Assembly: GCA_013239625.1 (NCBI GenBank)
Contig: MU053513.1
Coordinates: 3,640,303-3,704,302, forward strand
Source of the DNA: Lama guanicoe
Taxonomy: Eukaryota
Direction: 5' to 3'
DNA: 64,000 nucleotides
Shown in pieces: positions 54,140 to 64,000 of this stretch (its first letter is position 1; each line of letters begins with the position of its first letter). The notes under the pieces were generated by a model. The model had not been told where the DNA came from. It searched no databases and saw only the letters and a program-made list of their open reading frames with translations. Made by a program: the position numbers and the translations under genes.

Positions 54140-54456
54140 AGCAGATGCTGCTCATACTCCTCCCCGCACCTGCTCAGTCCCTCCAAGTTTGCTTGCAGCA
54201 GTGGCGGGTGGTTGCACCACAACCACCGATACGGGCATGTGGGCACATGTTCTACATGGTTCCTCAGAAGGTCCCCAGCAGCAGGGAGTCACGTCTTCCC
54301 ACAACAGGATCCCACTTGTCAGTGTGCATTTTTATTGGCTTCCTGGCCTCATTCTCTTCACTCCCACTTAAGCTTCTTGGAATCACTTCCCAAATTAACC
54401 ACCTGCATCAAAGTCCTTGTCTCAGTGTTGGGTTTCTGTGAAACCCAAGTAAGACA
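54140..54456 (+). mobile_element. ERVL solo LTR (LTR16-like)
   Basis: ggaatcacttcccaaattaaccacctgcatcaaagtccttgtctcag...aacccaagtaagaca. Confidence 0.7.
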
Positions 54457-56108
54457 GGAACTAACATCAGAGTCTGTCTTGCATGCAAGCACCACCTTAG
54501 GCATCCCACGTTCATTGTCTTCTTTCATATTCGCAACAGTCTTTGGGGCTGGGTATTATTATACTTTTTTTTTTTTGGAAAAAATTAGAAAGCCAAGACT
54601 AAAACATTTAAGTGACTTGTTCAGGATTGTAAAAATATTAAGTAGCAAACCTAGCAATCCAAATGTTTCTTTAGGTGCCCATGTTGAATTAATAATTGTA
54701 TAGAAAAGGAATAAAACATTTCGGGATAAAGTTAAAAGAAACATATTGCAGAATATAGACTCAGGGAAAATTAGATCTCTTAGGGTATTTGACAAACTAA
54801 GATATAAAATCAGAATTTAATAAAATAGTGTCTGGAGACATTGTACATTGAACACTCAGATGTCATTTAAATGCCTTATTTATAGTCCACTTTATTCTGG
54901 GAACTAAAGACAGGAGGATTTGCCAGCAGAGAGCTGCCTGAGTGAGTCAGATTTTATAAGAAGGTATTAGCAGATGAAACTGATTTAGCCTCTATGACAT
55001 TGGAGAAAGAAAGAGACAAAGGAAACTTTTCAGGGTACTTAGATACCAAAAGGAAAGGCTTGGATGGACGAGAAAAATTATTGAGAAAAATTTCTTTTCC
55101 ATATTAAAATTCTCATTCAGAATTGATTTATTTTTATCTTCCCAAGTCACACAGGCCGTGTACATAAGAGTGATTGAATTGTAACAGGAACTGTCAAATC
55201 CATTAAATGTGGGTAAGGAGATAGCTGGGCAAATGTTAAAGGCAGCAAAGGACAGAGAGATAAGTTTTCCATATGCAGAGGCAAGCATTAGGTGACCAAC
55301 GCATTTCCCAGATTTTAGGAACTGCATTAATCAAATTAGAGAAATTAGAAACCTTCAGCTAGAATTAGGGAGCACTGCCCAATTTAGCTAATGCATGTTA
55401 CTTTGTGTGATTTTCTAGTCCAGCTGGCGGGTTTATAATTCTGAGAAAATAAGGATGAGGTAGAGCCCACCCTGCGTTTGCAGAGAAAACAGAATCAAAT
55501 CTTCAATTTCATGAAGTTTGAAAACACTTGATATTTACAGGCAGCTTTAAGAGTATCAGACAAAGTGTACAGTAGATTTTTATTATGTGTTGCCTTTGAA
55601 GTTGCCACTGTTTGCCTTTATAATGTCACATGGAATCATAAAGAACTAGTCAATTTGAATTCGGTATCATAGTTTCATTCCTTTGAATTTTAATGGTCTT
55701 GACTTCTGTATAACTCAAAAGAATTACCTCATAATATTTACTGTACATTTATTAGCTCTGCTCTGAAGTCATTTAGTTTTGAGCCCTAGAAAAAGTGACT
55801 TCTTGCCAACCAAGCATTTGTAGTGTGCCCTCTAATCCACATTTTAATAAATGTCATTTTCTAAGTGCATTACCTCATGTTTTGGCTACCACCCAGATGA
55901 ACCCTGAGAGAATAAGAAATGTGCTTTCTGACTGATTCATCCATATTTTATTTTACTTTTCATTAAGAAATTACTCTTTGAAGGAAATCAATAATCTTTT
56001 GTGACCGAGGGGAGAGGTTAGTGTGTTGCAGTGCTGAATTTTAATTTCTCAAATCCAGACTGCCTTTAGCCAGCTGTTGCTAATTTTTGTCTTTTTTTGT
56101 TCCTGCAG

Positions 56109-56193
56109 CCTGGGTCAATGGTGACCCCAGGAGAGTGGCCTATCCTACAGACAGCCAGGGCCAATTTTGTGGCCAAAAGGGCACCTCTAATGA
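56109..56193 (+). CDS. SLC44A5: SLC44A5 next coding exon: (A)[27 protein letters not shown](E)
   Basis: Acceptor ttttttgttcctgcag|CC and donor GA|gtgagt. 85 nt, phase compatible with the previous exon (G+CC=Ala). Contains the GDPRR...YPTDSxGxFCG CTL motif. Confidence 0.95.
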
Positions 56194-57539
56194 GTGAGTA
56201 TGGCTACTTTGCTTTGCTTTGATTTTACTGTCTAAGCTGAAACCTAGAAATCACTTTTGCATTAATCCTACCAGACTTCATAAGATTGAAATTCATAAAA
56301 AAGGACTTGCCTCCCCCTTTTCCTGGAGACAGTTTATAAGCAGTTGGGAGGTTTCATACCATACAATTTATGACAAGATGTCATTGTTACGCAGCACTTT
56401 ATTGGCATGCATAAAGACTCTGCTTAGTGAAAATATCATTCTAATGGATACACTGGACCAGTGATTTCATCAAAAGCTGTATTTTAAAATGCCTCATGAC
56501 ATGGGCTATTGGAAGCCTGAGTTCTGAGTAGCTGCTAGAAAGCTAAACAGTGCAGTTGTTAGAATTGTTTTTGCCATAGTATCTACTTACAAATTACTCC
56601 ACCTTTCAAAGTGAAGGGCACACCTAGGAAGTCTTCAGTGAGAGGCAGGAGGAATTTTCAAGGCAACTAGCCTGCTGCTGACAATGACCCTGAGTAGCTG
56701 AAACAAACAAGGGAGAATGTTCCATCAAACTCCTTTCTGATGTTAATCATAACAGAAATTTTCATTTCTGAAAGCAAGTTTTCTATTTCTTTGTCATTAA
56801 CAAGACAAAAACATAAATCTCGTATTTTTAGAAAAATTTTCTCTCCTTTCTCATTGGTCCATTTATTCTCTGGTAGTACCTGAATTTTTACTAGATCTCT
56901 GGTTCTTCATAACCAGTTCAGTTTCTATAAAAATTGGTATTGAAAGGGTTAAAAAACAAACAAAAACCCCAAAGCAACAACAGCTCTCTTTATCTCTAAA
57001 ACAGCAAAAAACAAGGCTCAGAATATTTCTATTGTCTCCCCAAGTTGCCAACCCTTAACTGTAGAGCTTATTATTCCAAGAGATCAACAGATTTTTAAAA
57101 AATCGATTTTAAAAAGAGTTAACAAAATTCACAAAATAGAATTATCAGACAGTCAAGATAAACCAGAAATCTGGGTGGAGGGTGGGGGTGTTGGGCAGAG
57201 GCAGATCCTTAATCATACCAGGTTGAGTTTATGGTTGATAAGTTGACTCCTACAGAAGGTCTTTGTTGCCTATTAGAGACAACTAGACTAGGTCCTGGTC
57301 TAGAGTGGTGATTCTTAACCTCAGTAACTCAAAAAATCCCAGATGTTGCCAACAGAACCTTCACACGATGAAGGACAAAGAAAGCAGCAGGTGTAACAAG
57401 ATCATACAGATCTCTAAATCTCTAGTCCTTTAAAAGAGGCTATTTTTAAAAAGGCCTCTGTAACAGTGTTTCCCAGACCTAAGCCAGTGTCCCACTTATT
57501 TCCAACAAAAATGGGATACCACAAATTTCAGTACTTAAA

Positions 57540-59350
57540 GATCATTCAGAGACAATCCTGGTGTAACACAGACATGTTCATAAAAGTATTATTTATCATA
57601 ATATATTGAAACTATAGAGCTATCTACAATATGTGGATGATAGTAAAATATGGCCAATTGCCAATTTATTTAATGAAATATAACAGAGCCATTAAAAATC
57701 TATGTTTATATTTTTAAGAGCTGATTATGTTAATTTTCCTTTATAGTTTCTGGATTTTGTGTCATGATTATGATTGCCTTCCTCCCCCTGAAAATAACAT
57801 TTACCTGTATTCCTCAGTATGTCTGTTACTGCCTTTTTTATATTTAAATTTCCAGTGCACTTGGAATTTATTTTTGCATTATTGAATAAAGTAGGAATCA
57901 AACTTTCTTTTTTTCACAACTGCAGAGCCAATGATCTCAGAACAGTTTGTTGAAAAATACGCTCTTTTTCCTCCCTGATTTCTGATACCACAATTATCAT
58001 ATAGTAAATTTATATATTGATTTCTGAACCACCTATGTTATTCCAATATATATATATTTTAAGCCTCTCAGTTGTTTTCTCATAAAGATGTGTATTAATT
58101 TGAAAACTTTAAAGAAAATGTACGTTAAATGACTCTTAGAGTTTTTAATAGTAAGTGAAAATATCAGATTTCAATGATTAAAACAGTGTGGGACTATCAG
58201 TGTAGAACTAGGCAGAAAGAATACAATTACAGATATACATTCTGAATATAATAAAGATGGGATTTCAAGTAAATAGAGAAAAATGGGTTATTAAATAAGT
58301 GTTGTTGAATCGACTAAAATGTTATTTATATTCTTGAATATAAAATAACATTGGATATTTATCTCATACCTTACACCAAAATGAGTACTGAAACATTGAA
58401 GATTTTGTGTGTAAAATATACAACCAAAAAAGTAACAAGAAAATGCAGGGGTATATTTATGAAGTAATGGGGTAAAGAAGCTTTTTCTAAACATGACACC
58501 AAAGCCAGAAAATGTAACAGAAATTTTAAAGTATATTATCACACAGAGTAAACCCACTGTAACCCACTGCATACAAAGTTAAAAGATAAATGGCAATTCA
58601 GGAAGACATTTTTTTCAACATATATACCTGAAAACAGGTCAGTAACTTTATTGTATGAACTGGTTTTACAAAATCAAGAAGAAAAAGATGATCATTCAAT
58701 TGATTCAATATAGAAGTTGGCAAAAGTAATAAATAGGAAATAATAAATGGCCAGTAATAATAGAAAGTATTATTCAACCACAGTTAAAAAAACAAATGCA
58801 GAATAAAGAGGTATTACTTTAGCTTATTAGGTTGTCAAGTAAATATAAAATATTAAAATTTCCAAGGTTGACCAGAGTGAGGGGGGAGAAAAGCATCTTC
58901 TTTTCTACTGGGGGCAGTGCAATATGATATTTATCACATTTTATCAAATATTTGTCAAATTTATATATTCTTTTTGCTTCAGCAGTTTTCTCCTAGAAAC
59001 TTACCTAACGGAAATTTGCATAATCTTTTCTAATATTATAGGTACTATGAAATAGTAATAATAAAATGGAAACAGCCTAAATGTCTATCAATAAGAGATT
59101 GATTAAGTGAGTTATTGTACAGTCATATAATAAAATACTATTTAATCATTAAAAATGATTGAATAGAGATATATTTATTGGCATGGAAATATGTTCATGA
59201 TATATTGTTAATTCAAGAAGTCAAGTTACTAAAACACAATGTGTAATAAATTCTGCCTTGTGATATATGTGAATATCACATAAATAAAAACATCTAAATA
59301 TGCAGGGATATACACATGCTTACAGTAATTATTTCTGGGTAGTGGGATTA
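57540..59350. mobile_element. Ancient degraded L1 (L1ME/MC-like) fragments in both orientations
   Basis: Forward 58170-59350 (tctcataccttacaccaaaa; ggaaacagcctaaatgtctatcaata) and reverse 57720-58050. Confidence 0.7.
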
Positions 59351-59369
59351 TATTTTTATTTATGGATTT

Positions 59370-59960
59370 CTTGAGCTACTACTATGTCCCAGAAAGTGTT
59401 CTAAAGGCTGAGGCTATACTGCAATCAAATAGACAAGCTACCTGAACTCATAAAGCTTACTTTCAATTAGAGGGCAATTGTAGTAAAGAAGTAAGCAAGC
59501 AAGATAATTTCAAATTTCAAATTTCAAATGCTGTAAAGAAAAAACCAAAACAGGTGGCCCCCTATAGAATGACTGCTATGCAATGAGCTGCCTCATGGTT
59601 GCACGGGGCAGGTTAGGACTTTCATGAGGAGGTGACTTTTAAATTGAAATATGAAGACTGGGAAGAAACTAACCTTTTAAACCCTGGTAGGAGCTTTAAA
59701 GCCAGAGACAAGGGCAAAGGTCCTGAGGTAGGAATGAGCCTATGATACTGCAGGAACAGAAGGAAGCCTGGGAGGCTGAAATGTGGCAAACAAGGAGGGC
59801 AGAGGAATGAGCAGATGTCTGAGAAGCAGGTAAGAGTCAGATTTTGTGGTCCTATGTGCCCTTTAAAGTATTTGGATTATTTGTAAGTGCAGGAAGGACA
59901 TAGAAAGGTATTCAGCAGGAGAATGATATAATCTAGTTAACATTTTGAAAGACCATTCTT
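59370..59960 (-). mobile_element. LINE-2 fragment
   Basis: ttgagctactactatgtcccag...gggcaaaggtcctgaggtaggaatgag...ttttgaaagaccattct. Confidence 0.75.
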
Positions 59961-60579
59961 ATTGCTCATTTATATCTTGAACTGTTTTAATTGTTCACAA
60001 TGAGCATGCAGGGAGGAAAATATTGAATTTTTTTTATTTTGAAAAAGAATTAATGACAGATAGCATTAAATAGAATTATGAGTAATTTTTATTTCTTATT
60101 TATATATTAATATGCATTACAAGATTCTACCAAAAATGTTATACTTTTATACTCTTTCCAAATTTTCCAAAAATGAACATCTTAAAAGTACATGAGCTGA
60201 GGCAATTACCTTACTTATTAAAGCCCTTTGAAAGAAAAACAGACAAAATAGTCTGTTGAAGAAAAATACATACTCTCGTGTCAAATCTTAAGTTTACTTC
60301 CTTCCATTATTTACCTGTGGACATGGGATACAACCTACTTGGCCTTAATTTTCTGATAACAGTACAAAAAAATTAAATGAGAGAACAGTAATTAGGGTGA
60401 AACTTGCATGTCCTCTCTTTCTACAAAGCACTTTCAATTTCAATATTATATCATTCATGAGGTCTCCGAAGGGCCAGTCTCTATGCAAAATGTTGGACAT
60501 ACTCTAGGAAATAAGACAAGAGTTTTCTTCAAGGATTTCTCAGTCTTCAGGGATACAGTCAAAAAATCTGTGGATTTCA

Positions 60580-62400
60580 GAGAGAGTTCCAGTCCAAAAT
60601 GGCAACATTGGAGGCTTCTGAACTCACCTCCTCCCGTGGACACACTGAATTGACAGCTACACACAGAGCAGTTCCCTCTGAAAGAAATCCAGAAACAAGC
60701 TGAGTGACTCCTACGTCTCAGGTGAACGAGGAATACCCACATCAAATGGGTAGGAAAGGCTGGGGCACAGTTTTACCGTAAACCCCATACCTGGCACAGC
60801 GCCATACAATTGGGAGGGAATGCCCAAATCCCAGCTTACCCCTCAGAACTAAAAGGTTTGGACTCCATATCTAGTGCCCCAGCTTTTAAGACTCTGACCC
60901 TAGGGACAGGCCCCCAAAACACCCAGCTCTGAAAGCCAGGAGCCTTGGATCCACAGACCCAAAATACTATAGCAAACAAAGAAGTTCTTAATAGTTTACA
61001 AGAGCGCATTGTGGTTAATCCCTCCAGGCTCAGCTCAGAGGGAACAGATGGAAACACCCATCTCCTGTCTGTTCCTGAAAGAAGGCTATTTGCATACTTC
61101 CAAAGCTGGTGACTGAGGGTCAGACTTCTAACTGGCACACATCTAGGGGATGACTTCAGTCCTCCACCGAGGCTTAGGGAGGCCGTGGGCACTGTCTCTG
61201 TGTTCTCCCTCTGGCAGCTCGAGCTTTTACTGACTACCTGGAAGGAACCTGTGCACACGTCTAGTGCCCCAGCTCTTGCAACTGCCACCCAGGGGATACA
61301 CCCCTTGATCTGGCTCTAGTGGCCATTGGGGCTTTCATGCATCAGTCCCACATACTGGCTATCCCCTCAGTGATCAGTGCAAAGGGAGCACAGAAATGCC
61401 TATTTTCCCAGTCTTTCTCTGAAAGGGATCTATTTACATACTTTAAAAGCTGGTGTCTGAGGGTCCAGCTTCCAATCAGCCTGCATCTAGAGCTGACTGA
61501 GACCCTCCCCTTTGGGACACTGACAGATCTCGGCATTACTCAACTAACAGGAGCCACTAAGAACAAAGAAGGCAACTTGTACATGCACAGAGGTTTGAGA
61601 GACAGTTGAGAGCTGGGGCTAGGCTGAACATTAAGGTTCATCTCCTACAGGAGACTACTCTGTCAGACTGAGAGGCAATCTGTCTAATGCACAGAAACCA
61701 ATACACAGAGGCAAGGAAAATGAAGAAATAGAGGAATATGTTCCAAACAAAAGAACAGATAAAGCTCCAAAAACAGACTTTAATAAAACAGAGACAAATT
61801 GCTTCCCTGACATAATTCAAAATAAATGTCATTAACATGCTCACCGAGGCCAGAACAATGCATAAACAAAGTGAGAATTTCAACAAAGAGATAGAAAATC
61901 TAAGAAAGTATCAAGAGAAATCACAGAATTGAATAATATAAAAATTGTAGTGAAAAAATCAATAGTATCAACAGCAGACTAGGTAAGCATAGAAGGAATC
62001 AGCAAACTCTGAGACAGGGCAGTAGAATTTATCCAATCAGAGGAAAAAAAGAGAAAAAGAATGAGAAAGAGTGAAGATAGCTTAAGTGACACATGGGGCA
62101 CCATCAGGTGGATCAATACTTGCATTATATGGGTCCCAGAAGGAGAAAAAAAGACAGTGCAGAAAGCTTCTTCAAAGAAATAATGGTTAAAAGCTTCCCT
62201 AACCTGGGGAAACAAGCAGACATTTAGATCCAGGAAGCACCGAAAGTTACAAATAAGGTGCATCCAAAGAGACCCTTACCAAGAAACATTATAATTAAAC
62301 TGTCCAAAGTTAAAGACAAGGAGAGAATCTTAAAAGCAGCAAGAGAAAAATAACTTGTTACAGAACAGGGGAAACCTCCATAAGACTACAGCAGACTTTC
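60580..62400 (+). mobile_element. 3'-truncated L1 (5'UTR + most of ORF1)
   Basis: ccaaaatggc...gaggcttctgaactcacctcctcc start. ORF1 motifs gagagaatcttaaaagcagcaagagaaaa. Ends abruptly at ~62400. Confidence 0.87.
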
Positions 62401-63499
62401 CAGATTCTGTATACTCCTTAAGGCTGCACGTTGATAGTGAAATTGCTTTTCCATGTTCCATGTTTAATCCTGTCTTTAAAATCTTGAACATAAACTGGTA
62501 AAAAGTATCATTAAATTGAAAAAAAAATACAAATAAATGTACGTGTATTTTCTTTTTTTATTGAAGTATAATTGATATATATTGCAAAATGAATGCATCG
62601 ATGTTAGGATGTGTGAGCAATTTAGGCACTCCAGACAGTTTAGTCCAGGACACACTTGTTAGACTGTAACAGAGTATTTGCACTCCTTAGTGTCACACTT
62701 ACAGCAATGCTTGACTCTTAACTCTCAAAAACGTTCCTCATAACTGAGCTTAAATTCCATGCTTAGAGATGGTGTGCCAGTGTTTGGGATAGAGTTTGGT
62801 CATTCTGTGCTTTGTCTATCCATGCCTAACCGAAAGGATACTAGGGGAAACGCTGGGAGTTTCCTAAAATGACGAAACAGATAAAACAGACTCAGAGGAA
62901 AATATGTGCTTTGTTGATGTGTGTAACTTTCTCTGCCTTTTGAGTTGCAGGGAAGTTATTCGTGATTCTTGGGTATGAGCCTTTTCTTTGGGATTTCCAC
63001 TAAAAAGGAAGCACTCAGTTGATCTTGATGCCACCTTCTGGCTACTACAAAAACTTCAGCTTATAAAGGTTGTGTTGAAACAACTTTGAATATTGTCTGA
63101 TGCAGCCCAGTTACCAAATTAGGTGGACTGAAATACCCATCCTCCTAATCTGAACTTCAGACAGGGAAACAGGAAAGATTAAGAGGACAAAGCTCCTCCA
63201 TTTAAGTTTTGCATCAATTTGGCATCTAGGGGAAACAATAACTTTGTCTTCAGTTCACTGAGAAAGCTCTTATAAAATGACAAGGAGGTCTCACAGATCT
63301 TTTTGCTTGAACATACTACAAGCCCAGACCTACTACGTGGTTTAATTTTTAAAATCTATATCAAAATCATACACGCCTGTGACAGTAAACCAAATAATAA
63401 TGAACAGCTTATCATAAAAGCAAGAAAAGCAGTGGTCTCCTGCCTTAGGACTCCTTTCCCACAATTCCATTCCACAAAAATAATCTCTCTGTGTCTGGT

Positions 63500-63846
63500 T
63501 GTCTTAGTTCAGGTAGCTATAACAGAATACCTAGACTGGGTAGTTAGTAAACAACAAAAAATTTATTTCTCACAGTTCTGGGGACTGGACATACAAGATC
63601 AGAGTGCCTGCATGGTCAGGTTCTTGGTGAGGGCACGTTCCCTGATTGGCAGATAGCCGTCTTCACTCTGCATCTTCATATGGAGGAAGGGACAAGAGAC
63701 TTCTCTCAGGTTTCTTTGGTAAGGGTACTAATCCCTTCATGAGAGCTCCATCCTCCTGACCTAAGCACCTCCACAGGCCCCACCTCCTAACACCGTCACG
63801 TTTAGCATATGAATTTGAGGGGGACACAAACATTCAGTCCATAATG
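63500..63846 (-). mobile_element. MaLR solo LTR (MLT1A/B-like) with 5-bp TSD
   Basis: TSD ctggt at 63495-63499 and 63847-63851. Internal atttatttctcacagttctgg...gggggacacaaacattcagtccata. Confidence 0.88.
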
Positions 63847-64000
63847 CTGGTCTTAGTTCTTCTGGCAGTTTTTGCATGACTTTACATCATAAGCATATTC
63901 TTTCATTTTCTGCTTTATTAATTTTAGGCAGTATCCATTGATAACCTGCTATGAAAAATGAAGATTTAACTCATTTGCATGATCTGTTTTCCTGAGCCCC

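Larger units (their letters stand above)
37270..56108 (+). other. SLC44A5: SLC44A5 intron (~18.8 kb, GT-AG)
   Basis: Lies between two phase-compatible exons whose peptides are contiguous. Confidence 0.9.

Noticed and set aside
57429..57460. Small hairpin agaggc-tatttttaaaaag-gcctct
   Set aside because: Short and imperfect; expected by chance in AT-rich DNA.

Overview
This window is mammalian genomic DNA, not prokaryotic. It is AT-rich, CpG-depleted and repeat-dense. The L1 3' ends and the lack of recognisable Alu, B1, Bov-A, PRE, CHR or Can-SINEs suggest a camelid-like artiodactyl (inference). The window lies inside the + strand gene SLC44A5 (choline transporter-like protein 5). Two coding exons are present (37196-37269, 74 nt; 56109-56193, 85 nt) and splice in frame to [54 protein letters not shown]. 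The rest is intron filled with L1, L2, MIR, MaLR/ERVL LTRs, an ERVL pol relic and hAT/mariner MITEs. The most unusual structures are: (1) an L1 whose ORF2 5' half is replaced by a poly(A)-less MAP1LC3B retrocopy joined through GATCA microhomology; (2) a TSD-bounded ~3 kb ORF1-only L1; (3) an L1 with its 5'UTR joined straight to its 3' end, with these three elements sharing near-homologous breakpoints; (4) two twin-priming L1 inversions; (5) a 309-nt pure pyrimidine tract; (6) a palindromic triple D-box; and (7) a speculative in-frame alternative first exon. Repeat subfamily names and most repeat boundaries come from recalled consensus sequences and are approximate. I cannot demonstrate a new biological system from the sequence alone.
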